Below, piece by piece: positions 1 to 11,054 of a stretch of 64,000 nt of DNA. The stretch is taken from positions 128,774,001 to 128,838,000 of the forward strand of contig OZ024744.1 in the NCBI GenBank assembly GCA_964016885.1, read 5' to 3'. The first letter of the stretch is position 1. Every line of letters starts with the position of its first letter. This DNA comes from Eledone cirrhosa. Its lineage: Eukaryota. A program made the translations under genes and the position numbers. Under the pieces are notes generated by a model. That model saw only the letters and a list, made by a program, of their open reading frames with translations. It searched no databases and had not been told where the DNA came from.

Positions 1-291
1 TTTTCGAAAAACCTTACATAATCAATTTTTTTTAGGTTTTTTCGAAAAACCTTATATAATCAATTTTTTACGTTTTTAGAAAAACCTTATATAATCAATT
101 TTTTTTATACTTTTAGAAATATTTATATCTTATTTCAAATATTGATTTTTTTTAGATTTTTCGAAATACCTTATATAATCAATTTTTTTTAGGTTTTTCG
201 AAAGACCTTATATAATCAATTTTTTTTAGGTTTTTCGAAAAACCTTATATAATCAATTTTTTTAGGTTTTTCGACAACCTTATATAATCAA
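1..291. repeat. AT-rich composite block, copy 0 (3' end only; ~37-bp palindromic monomers)
   Basis: Tandem T(7-9)AGGTTTTTCGAAAAACCTTATATAATCAA units. Same terminal variants (AAAGACC, CGACAACC) as the 3' ends of the later blocks. Truncated by the window start. Confidence 0.95.
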
Positions 292-3200
292 GTTGAGTTT
301 AAGTTAAGTTGGGATTAAGTTAAGTTGGGGTTAAGTTAAGATGGGGTTAAGTTATGTTGAGGTTAAGTTAAGTTGGGGTTAAATTAAGTTGGGGTTAAGT
401 TAAGTTGGGGTTAAGTTAAGTTGGGGTTAGGTTAAGTTGGGTTTAAGTTAAGTTGGGGATAAGTTAAGTTGGGGTTAAGTTAAGTTGGGTTTAAGTTAAG
501 TTGGGGTTAAGTTAAGTTGGGGTTAAGTTAAGTTGGGGTTAAGTTAAGTTGGGGTTGAGTGAAGTTGGGGTTAAGTTAAGTTGGGGTTAAATTAAGTTGG
601 GGTTAAGTTAAGTTGGGGTTGAGTGAAGTTGGGGTTAAGTTAAGTTGGGGTTAAATTAAGTTGGGGTTAAGTTTAGTTGGGGTTGAGTTAAGTTGGGGTT
701 AATTTAAGTTGGGGCTAAGTTAATTTGTGGTTAAGTTAAGTTGGGGTTAAGTTAAGTTGGGGTTAAGTTAAGTTGGGGTTGAGTTAAGTTGGGGTTAAGT
801 TAAGTTGGGTTTAAGTTAAGTTGGGGTTAAATTAAGTTGGGGTTAAATTAAGTTGGGGTTAAGTTAAGTTGGGGGTAAGTTAAGTTGGGGGCAAGTTAAG
901 TTGGGGTTAAGTTAACTTGGGGTTAAGTTAAGTTGGGGTTAATTTAAGTTGGGGTTATGTTAAGTTGGGGTTAAGTTAAGTTGGGGTTAAGTTAAGTTGG
1001 GGCTAAGTTAAGTTGGAGCTAAGTTAAGTTGGGGCTAAGTTAAGTTGGGGTTAAGTTAAGTTGGGGTTAAGTTAAGGTGGGGTTAAGTTAAGTTGGGGTC
1101 AACTTAAGTTGGGGTTAAGTTAAGTTGGGGTTAACTTAAGTTGGGGTTAAGTTAAGTTGGGGTTAAGTTAAGTTGGGGTTAAGTTAAGTTGGGGTTACGT
1201 TAAGTTGGGGGTAAGTTAAGTTGGTGGTAAGTTAAGTTGGGGGTAAGTTAAGATGGGGTTAAATTAGGGTTAAGTTAAGTTAGGGTTAAGTTAATTTGGG
1301 GTTGAGTTAAGTTGGGGTTAAGTTAAGTGGTGGTTATGTTAAGTTGGGGTTAAGTTAAGTTGGGGTTAATTTAAATTGGGGTTAATTTAAATTTGTTGTT
1401 AAGTTAAGTTGGGGTTAATTTAAGTTGGGGTTAAGTTAAGTTGGGGTTGAGTTAAGTTGGGGTTGAGTGAAGTTGGGGTTAAGTTAAGTTGGGGTTGAGT
1501 TAAGTTGGGGTTAATTTAAGTTGGGGCTAAGTTCATTTGGGGTTCAGTTAAGTTGGGGTTAAATTAAGTTGGGGTTAAGTTAAGTTGGGGTTAAGTTAAG
1601 TTGGGGTTAAGTTAATTTGGGGTTAAGTGAAGTTAGGGTTAAGTTAAGTTGGGGTTGAGTTAAGTTGGGGGTAAGTTAAGTTGGGGTTATGTTAAGTTGG
1701 GGTTACGTTAAGTTGGGTTTAAGTTAAGTTGGGGTTAAGTTAAGTTGGGGTTAATTTAAGTTGGGGTTAAGTTAAGTTGGGATTAATTTAAGTTGGGGTT
1801 AAGTTAAGTTGGGGTTAAGTTAAGTTGGGGTTAAATTAAGTTGGGGTTAAGTTAAGTTGGGGTTAAGTTAAGTTGGGGTTAAGTTAATTTGGGGTTAAGT
1901 TAAGTTAGGGTAAAGTTAAGTTGGGGTTGAGTTAAGTTGGGGTAAGTTAAGTTGGGGTTAAGTTAAGTTGGGGTTAAGTTAAGTTGGGGTTAAGTTAAGT
2001 TAGGCTTAACTTAAGTTGGGGTTAAGTTAAGTTGGGGGTGAGTTAAGTTGGGGGTAAGTTAAGTTGGGGTTAAGTTAAGTTGGGGTTAAGTTGGGGTTAA
2101 GTTAAGTTAGGGTTAAGTTAATTTGGGGTTGAGTTAAGTTGGGGTTAAGTTAAGTGGTGGTTATGTTAAGTTGGGGTTAAGTTAAGTTGGGGTTAATTTA
2201 AATTGGGGTTAATTTAAATTTGTTGTTAAGTTAAGTTGGGGTTAATTTAAGTTGGGGTTAAGTTAAGTTGGGGTTGATTTAAGTTGTGGTTGAGTGAAGT
2301 TGGGGTTAAGTTAAGTTGGGGTTAAATTAAGTTGGGGTTAAGTTAAGTTGGGGTTGAGTTAAGTTGGGGTTAATTTAAGTTGGGGCTAAGTTAATTTGGG
2401 GTTAAGTTAAGTTGGGGTTAAATTAAGTTGGGGTTAAGTTAAGTTGGGGTTAAGTTAAGTTGGGGTTAAGTTAATTTGGGGTTAATTGAAGTTAGGGTTA
2501 AGTTAAGTTGGGGCTGAGTTAAATTGGGGGTAAGTTAAGTTGGGGTTATGTTAAGTTGGGGTTAAGTTAAGTTGGGGTTAAGTTAAGTTGGGGTTCAGTT
2601 AAGTTGCGGTTAAGTTAAGTTGGGGTTAAGTTAAGTTGGGGTTAAGTTAAGTTGGGGTTAATTTAAGTTGGGGTTAAGTTAAGTTGGGGTTAAGTTAAGT
2701 TGGGGTTAAATTCAGTCGGGGTTAAGTTAAGTCGGGGTTAAGTTACGTTGGGGTTAAGTTAAGTTGGGGTTAAGTTAAGTTGGGGTTGAGTTAAGTTGGG
2801 GTTAAGTTAAGTTGGGGTTAAGTTAAGTTGGGGTTAAGTTAAGTTGGGGTTAAGTTAAGTTGGGGTTAAGTTAAGTTGGGGTTAAGTTAAGTTGGGGTAA
2901 CGTTAAGTTGGGGGTAAGTTAAGTTGGGGTTAAGTTAAGTTGGGGTTAAGTTGGGGTTAAGTTAAGTTAGGGTTAACTTAAGTTGGGGTTGTGTTAAGTG
3001 GTGGTTATGTTAAGTGGTGGTTATGTTAAGTTGGGGTTAAGTTAAGTTGGGGTTAAGTTAAGTTGGGGTTAAGTTAATTAGGGTTAAGATAAGTTGGGTT
3101 TAAGTTAAGTTGGGGTTAAGTTAATTTGTGGTTAAGTTAAGTTGGGGTTAAGTGAAGTTGGGGTTAAGTTAAGTTGGGGATAAGTTAAGTTGGGGATAAG

Positions 3201-6200
3201 TTAAGTTGGGGTTAATTAAGTTGGGTTTAAGTTAAGTTGGGATTAAGTTAAGTCGGGGTTAAGTTAAGTTGGGGTTAAGTTAAGTTGGTTAGTTAAGTTG
3301 AGTTTAAGTTAAGTTGGGGTTAATTTAAGTTGGGGTTAAGTTAAGTTGGGGTTAAGTTAAGTTGGGGTTAAGTTAAGTTGGGGTTCAGTTAAGTTGGGGT
3401 TAAGTTAAGTTGGGGTTAAGTTGGGGTAAAATTAAGTTGGGGTTAAGTTAAGTTGGGGTTAAGTTAAGTTGCGGTTAAGTTAAGTTGCCGTTAAGTTAAG
3501 TTGAGGTTAAGTTAAGTTGGGGTTAAGTTAAGTTGGGGTTAAGTTAAGTTGGGGCTAACTTAAGTTGGGGCTAAGTTAAGTTGGGGTTAAGTTGGGGTTA
3601 AGTTAAGTTGCGGTTAAGTTAAGTTGATGTTAAGTTAAGTTGGGGTTAAGATAAGTTGGGGTTAAGTTAAGTTGGGGCTAAGTTAAGTTGGAGCTGAGTT
3701 AAGTTGGGGCTAAGTTAAGTTGGGGTTAAGTTAAGTTGGGGTTAAGTTAAGGTGGGGTTAAGTTAAGTTGGGGTCAACTTAAGTTGGGGTTAAGTTAAGT
3801 TGGGGTTAACTTAAGTTGGGGTTAAGTTAAGTTGGGGTTAAGTTAAGTTGGGGTTAAGCTAAGTTGGGGTTACGTTAAGTTGGGGTTATGTTAAGTTGGG
3901 GTTACGTTAAGTTGGGTTTAAGTTAAGTTGGGGTTAAGTTAAGTTGGGGTTAAGTTAAGTTGGGGTTAATTTAAGTTGGGGTTAAGTTAAGTTGGGATTA
4001 ATTTAAGTTGGGGTTAAGTTAAGTTGGGGTTAAGTTAAGTTGGGGTTAAATTAAGTTGGGGTTAAGTTAAGTTGGGGTTAAGTTAAGTTGGGGTTAAGTT
4101 AATTTGGGGTTAAGTTAAGTTAGGGTAAAGTTAAGTTGGGGTTGAGTTAAGTTGGGGTAAGTTAAGTTGGGGTTAAGTTAAGTTTGGGTTAAGTTAAGTT
4201 GGGGTTAAGTTAAGTTAGGCTTAACTTAAGTTGGGGTTAAGTTAAGTTGGGGGTGAGTTAAGTTGGGGGTAAGTTAAGTTGGGGTTAAGTTAAGTTGGGG
4301 TTAATTTGGGGTTGAGTTAAGTTGGGGTTAAGTTAAGTGGTGGTTATGTTAAGTTGGGGTTAAGTTAAGTTGGGGTTAATTTAAATTGGGGTTAATTTAA
4401 ATTTGTTGTTAAGTTAAGTTGGGGTTAATTTAAGTTGGGGTTAAGTTAAGTTGGGGTTGAGTTAAGTTGTGGTTGAGTGAAGTTGGGGTTAAGTTAAGTT
4501 GGGGTTAAATTAAGTTGGGGTTAAGTTAAGTTGGGGTTGAGTTAAGTTGGGGTTAATTTAAGTTGGGGCTAAGTTAATTTGGGGTTAAGTTAAGTTGGGG
4601 TTAAATTAAGTTGGGGTTAAGTTAAGTTGGGGTTAAGTTAAGTTGGGGCTGAGTTAAGTTGGGGGTAAGTTAAGTTGGGGTTATGTTAAGTTGGGGTTAA
4701 GTTAAGTTGGGGTTAAGTTAAGTTGGGGTTCAGTTAAGTTGCGGTTAAGTTAAGTTGGGGTTAAGTTAAGTTGGGGTTAAGTTAAGTTGGGGTTAATTTA
4801 AGTTGGGGTTAAGTTAAGTTGGGGTTAAGTTAAGTTGGGGTTAAATTCAGTCGGGGTTAAGTTAAGTCGGGGTTAAGTTACGTTGGGGTTAAGTTAAGTT
4901 GGGGTTAAGTTAAGTTGGGGTTGAGTTAAGTTGGGGTTGAGTTAAGTTGGGGTTAAGTTAAGTTGGGGTTAAGTTAAGTTGGGGTTAAGTTAAGTTGGGG
5001 TTAATTTAAGTTGGGGTTAATTTAAGTTGGGGTTAAGTTAAGTTGGGGTTAAGTTAAGTTGGGGTAACGTTAAGTTGGGGGTAAGTTAAGTTGGGGTTAA
5101 GTTAAGTTGGGGTTAAGTTGGGGTTAAGTTAAGTTAGGGTTAACTTAAGTTGGGGTTGTGTTAAGTGGTGGTTATGTTAAGTGGTGGTTATGTTAAGTTG
5201 GGGTTAAGTTAAGTTGGGGTTAAGTTAAGTTGGGGTTAAGTTAAGTTGGGGTTAAGTTAATTAGGGTTAAGTTAAGTTGGGTTTAAGTTAAGTTGGGGTT
5301 AAGTTAATTTGTGGTTAAGTTAAGTTGGGGTTAAGTTAAGTTGGGGTTAAGTTAAGTTGGGGATAAGTTAAGTTGGGGATAAGTTAAGTTGGGGATAAGT
5401 TAAGTTGGGGTTAATTAAGTTGGCTTTAAGTTAAGTTGGGGTTAAGTTAAGTCGGGGTTAAGTTAAGTTGGGGTTAAGTTAAGTTGGTTAGTTAAGTTGA
5501 GTTTAAGTTAAGTTGGGGTTAATTTAAGTTGGGGTTAAGTTAAGTTGGGGTTAAGTTAAGTTGGGGTTAAGTTAAGTTGGGGTTCAGTTAAGTTGGGGTT
5601 AAGTTAAGTTGGGGTTAACTTGGGGTAAAATTAAGTTGGGGTTAAGTTAAGTTGGGGTTAAGTTAAGTTGCGGTTAAGTTAAGTTGCCGTTAAGTTAAGT
5701 TGAGGTTAAGTTAAGTTGGGGTTAAGTTAAGTTGGGGTTAAGTTAAGTTGGGGCTAAGTTAAGTTGGGGCTAAGTTAAGTTGGGGTTAAGTTAACTTTGG
5801 GTTAAGTTAAGTTGGGTTTGAGTTAAGTTGGGGTTAATTAAGTTGGGGTTAAGTTAAGTTGGGGTTAAGTTGGGGTTAAGTTAAGTTGCGGTTAAGTTAA
5901 GTTGATGTTAAGTTAAGTTGGGGTTAAGTTAAGTTGGGGTTAAGTTAAGTTGGGGCTAAGTTAAGTTGGAGCTGAGTTAAGTTGGATCTAAGTTAAGTTG
6001 GGGTTAAGTTAAGTTGGGGTTAAGTTAAGGTGGGGTTAAGTTAAGTTGGGGTCAACTTAAGTTGGGGTTAAGTTAAGTTGGGGTTAACATAAGTTGGGGT
6101 TAAGTTAAGTTGGGGTTAAGTTAAGTTGGGGTTAAGTTAAGTTGGGGTTACGTTAAGTTGGGGGTAAGTCAAGTTGGTGTTAAGTTAAGTTGGCGGTAAG

Positions 6201-9200
6201 TTAAGATGGGGTTAAGTTAAGTTGGGGTTAATTTAATTTGGGGTTAAGTTAAGTTAGGGTTAAGTTAAGTTGGGGTTGAGTTAAGTTGGGGTTAAGTTAA
6301 GTTGGGGTTATGTTAAGTTGGGGTTAAGTTAAGTTGGGGTTAAGTTAAGTTGGGGTTCAATTAAGTTGCGGATAATTTAAGTTGGGGTTAAGTTAAGTTG
6401 GGGTTAAGTTAAGTTGGGGTTAAGTTAAGTTGGGGTTAAATTAAGTTGGGGTTAAATTAAGTTGGGGTTAAGTTAAGTTGGGGTTATGTTAAGTTGGTGT
6501 TAAGTTAAGTTGGGGTTAAGTTAAGTTGGGGTTAAGTTAGGTTGGTGTTAATTTAAGTTGGGGGTAAGTTAAGTTGGGGTAAGTTAAGTTGGTGTTAAGT
6601 TAAGTTGGGGTTAAGTTAAGTTGGGGTTAAATTAAGTTGGGGTTAAGTTAAGTTGGGGTTGAGTGAAGTTGGGGTTAAGTTAAGTTGGGGTTAAGTAAAG
6701 TTAGGGCTAAGTTAAGTTGGGGTTAAGTTAAGTTGGGGTTAATTTAAGTTGGGGTTACATTAAGTTGATGTTAAGTTAAGTTGGGGTTAAGTTAAGTTGG
6801 GGTTAAATTAAGTTGGGGTTAAATTAAGTTGGGGTTAAGTTAAGTTGGGGTTAAGTTAATTTGTGGTTAAGTTAAGTTGGGGTTAAGTTAAGTTGGGGTT
6901 AAGTTCAGTCGGGGTTAAGTTAAGTCGGGGTTAAGTTAAGTTGGGGTTAAGTTAAGTTGCGGTTAAGTTAAGTTGGGGTTAAGTTAAGTTGGGGTTAAGT
7001 TAATTAGGGTTAAGTTAAGTTGGGGTTAAGTTAAGTTGGGGTTAAGTTAAGTTGGGGTTAAGTTAAGTTGGGGTTAAATTAAGTTGGGGTTAAGTTAAGT
7101 TGGGGTTAAGTTAAGTTGGGGTTAAGTTAATTTGGGGTTAAGTTAAGTTAGGGTAAAGTTAAGTTGGGGTTGAGTTAAGTTGGGGTAAGTTAAGTTGGGG
7201 TTAAGTTAAGTTTGGGTTAATTTAAGTTGGGGTTAAGTTAAGTTAGGCTTAACTTAAGTTGGGGTTAAGTTAAGTTGGGGGTGAGTTAAGTTGGGGGTAA
7301 GTTAAGTTGGGGTTAAGTTAAGTTGGGGTTAAGTTGGGGTTAAGTTAAGTTAGGGTTAAGTTAATTTGGGGTTGAGTTAAGTTGGGGTTAAGTTAAGTGG
7401 TGGTTATGTTAAGTTGGGGTTAAGTTAAGTTGGGGTTAATTTAAATTGGGGTTAATTTAAATTTGTTGTTAAGTTAAGTTGGGGTTAATTTAAGTTGGGG
7501 TTAAGTTAAGTTGGGGTTGAGTTAAGTTGTGGTTGAGTGAAGTTGGGGTTAAGTTAAGTTGGGGTTAAATTAAGTTGGGGTTAAGTTAAGTTGGGGTTGA
7601 GTTAAGTTGGGGTTAATTTAAGTTGGGGCTAAGTTAATTTGGGGTTAAGTTAAGTTGGGGTTAAATTAAGTTGGGGTTAAGTTAAGTTGGGGTTAAGTTA
7701 AGTTGGGGTTAAGTTAATTTGGGGTTAAGTGAAGTTAGGGTTAAGTTAAGTTGGGGCTGAGTTAAGTTGGGGGTAAGTTAAGTTGGGGTTATGTTAAGTT
7801 GGGGTTAAGTTAAGTTGGGGTTAAGTTAAGTTGGGGTTCAGTTAAGTTGCGGTTAAGTTAAGTTGGGGTTAAGTTAAGTTGGGGTTAAGTTAAGTTGGGG
7901 TTAATTTAAGTTGGGGTTAAGTTAAGTTGGGGTTAAGTTAAGTTGGGGTTAAATTCAGTCGGGGTTAAGTTAAGTCGGGGTTAAGTTACGTTGGGGTTAA
8001 GTTAAGTTGGGGTTAAGTTAAGTTGGGGTTGAGTTAAGTTGGGGTTAAGTTAAGTTGGGGTTAAGTTAAGTTGGGGTTAAGTTAAGTTGGGGTTAAGTTA
8101 AGTTGGGGTTAATTTAAGTTGGGGTTAAGTTAAGTTGGGGTTAAGTTAAGTTGGGGTAACGTTAAGTTGGGGGTAAGTTAAGTTGGGGTTAAGTTAAGTT
8201 GGGGTTAAGTTGGGGTTAAGTTAAGTTAGGGTTAACTTAAGTTGGGGTTGTGTTAAGTGGTGGTTATGTTAAGTGGTGGTTATGTTAAGTTGGGGTTAAG
8301 TTAAGTTGGGGTTAAGTTAAGTTGGGGTTAAGTTAAGTTGGGGTTAAGTTAATTAGGGTTAAGTTAAGTTGGGTTTAAGTTAAGTTGGGGTTAAGTTAAT
8401 TTGTGGTTAAGTTAAGTTGGGGTTAAGTTAAGTTGGGGTTAAGTTAAGTTGGGGATAAGTTAAGTTGGGGATAAGTTAAGTTGGGGTTAATTAAGTTGGG
8501 TTTAAGTTAAGTTGGGGTTAAGTTAAGTCGGGGTTAAGTTAAGTTGGGGTTAAGTTAAGTTGGTTAGTTAAGTTGAGTTTAAGTTAAGTTGGGGTTAATT
8601 TAAGTTGGGGTTAAGTTAAGTTGGGGTTAAGTTAAGTTGGGGTTAAGTTAAGTTGGGGTTCAGTTAAGTTGGGGTTAAGTTAAGTTGGGGTTAACTTGGG
8701 GTAAAATTAAGTTGGGGTTAAGTTAAGTTGGGGTTAAGTTAAGTTGCGGTTAAGTTAAGTTGCCGTTAAGTTAAGTTGAGGTTAAGTTAAGTTGGGGTTA
8801 AGTTAAGTTGGGGTTAAGTTAAGTTGGGGCTAAGTTAAGTTGGGGCTAAGTTAAGTTGGGGTTAAGTTAACTTTGGGTTAAGTTAAGTTGGGTTTGAGTT
8901 AAGTTGGGGTTAATTAAGTTGGGGTTAAGTTAAGTTGGGGTTAAGTTGGGGTTAAGTTAAGTTGCGGTTAAGTTAAGTTGATGTTAAGTTAAGTTGGGGT
9001 TAAGTTAAGTTGGGGTTAAGTTAAGTTGGGGCTAAGTTAAGTTGGAGCTGAGTTAAGTTGGATCTAAGTTAAGTTGGGGTTAAGTTAAGTTGGGGTTAAG
9101 TTAAGGTGGGGTTAAGTTAAGTTGGGGTCAACTTAAGTTGGGGTTAAGTTAAGTTGGGGTTAACTTAAGTTGGGGTTAAGTTAAGTTGGGGTTAAGTTAA

Positions 9201-10805
9201 GTTGGGGTTAAGTTAAGTTGGGGTTAGGTTAAGTTGGGGGTAAGTCAAGTTGGTGTTAAGTTAAGTTGGCGGTAAGTTAAGATGGGGTTAAGTTAAGTTG
9301 GGGTTAATTTAATTTGGGGTTAAGTTAAGTTAGGGTTAAGTTAAGTTGGGGTTGAGTTAAGTTGGGGTTAAGTTAAGTTGGGGTTATGTTAAGTTGGGGT
9401 TAAGTTAAGTTGGGGTTAAGTTAAGTTGGGGTTATGTTAAGTTGGGGTTAAGTTAAGTTGGGGTTAAGTTAAGTTGGGGTTCAATTAAGTTGGGGTTAAG
9501 TTAAGTTGGGGTTATGTTAAGTTGGTGTTAAGTTAAGTTGGGGTTAAGTTAAGTTGGGGTTAAGTTAGGTTGGTGTTAATTTAAGTTGGGGGTAGGTTAA
9601 GTTGGGGTAAGTTAAGTTGGTGTTAAGTTAAGTTGGGGTTAAGTTAAGTTGGCGTTAAGTTAAGTTGGGTTTAAGTTAAGTTGGGGCTAAGTTAAGTTAG
9701 GGCTAAGTTAAGTTGGGGTTAAGTAAAGTTAGGGCTAAGTTAAGTTGGGGTTAAGTTAAGTTGGGGTTAATTTAAGTTGGGGTTACATTAAGTTGATGTT
9801 AAGTTAAGTTGGGGTTAAGTTAAGTTGGGGTTAAGTTAAGTTGGGGTTAAATTAAGTTGGGGTTAAATTAAGTTGGGGTTAAGTTAAGTTGGGGTTAAGT
9901 TAGGTTGGTGTTAAGTTAAGTTGGGGTTAAGTTAATTTGTGGTTAAGTTAAGTTGGGGTTAAGTTAAGTTGGGGTTAAGTTCAGTCGGGGTTAAGTTAAG
10001 TCGGGGTTAAGTTAAGTTGGGGTTAAGTTAAGTTGCGGTTAAGTTAAGTTGGGGTTAATTTAAGTTGGGGTTAAGTTAATTAGGGTTAAGTTAAGTTGGG
10101 GTTAAGTTAAGTTGGGGTTAAGTTAAGTTGGGGTTAAGTTAAGTTGGGTTTAAGTTAAGTTGGGGCTAAGTTAAGTTAGGGCTAAGTTAAGTTGGGGTTA
10201 AGTTAAGTTGGGGTTAATTTAAGTTGGGGTTACATTAAGTTGAGGTTAAGTTAAGTTGTGGTTAAGTTAAGTTAGGGTTAATTTAAGTTAGGGTTATGTT
10301 AAGTTGGGGTTAAGTTAAGTTGGGGTTAAGTTAGGTTGGTGTTAAGTTAAGTTGGGGTTAAGTTAAGTTGGGGTTATGTTAAGTTGGGGTTAAGTTAAGT
10401 TGGGGTTAAGTTAAGTTAGGGTTGAGTTAAGTTGGGGTTGAGTGAAGTTGGGGTTAAGTTAAGTTGGGGTTAAATTAAGTTGGGGTTAAGTTAAGTTGGG
10501 GTTGAGTTAAGTTGGGGTTAATTTAAGTTGGGTTTAAGTTAAGTTGGGTTTAAGTTAAGTTGGGGTTGAATTAAGTTGGGGTTAAATTAAGTTGGGGTTA
10601 AGTTAAGTTGGGGGTAAGTTAAGTTGGGGGCAAGTTAAGTTGGGGTTAAGTTAAGTTGGGGTTAAGTTAAGTTGGGGTTAATTTAAGTTGGGGTTATGTT
10701 AAGTTGGGGTTAAGTTAAGTTGGGGTTAAGTTAAGTTGGGGTTAAGTTAAGTTGGTGTTAAGTTAAGTTGGGGGTAAGTTACGTTAGGGCTAAGTTACGT
10801 TGGGG

Positions 10806-11054
10806 TTAACTTAACCCCAACTTAACTTAACCCCAACTTAACTTAGACCCAACTTAACTGAGCCCCAACTTAACTTAACCCCAACGTAACTTAGCCCTAA
10901 CGTAACTTACCCCCAACTTAACTTAACACCAACTTAACTTAACCCCAACTTAACTTAACCCCAACTTAACTTACCCCCAACTTAACTTACCCCCACCTTA
11001 ACTTACCCCCAACTTAACTTAACCCCAACTTAACTTAACTTAACCCCAACTTAA
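10806..11054 (-). repeat. Inverted patch of the 16-bp satellite (AACTTAACTTAACCCC)n, copy 1
   Basis: Reverse-complement monomers between TTAA at 10806-10809 and TTAA at 11051-11054. Confidence 0.97.

Noticed and set aside
10806-11054. Recombinase-driven invertible switch or sequencing fold-back artefact
   Set aside because: No recombinase gene or dedicated sites, and all three copies have the same orientation. Recurrence with identical junctions and a return to the original strand after 249 bp argues against a read artefact.
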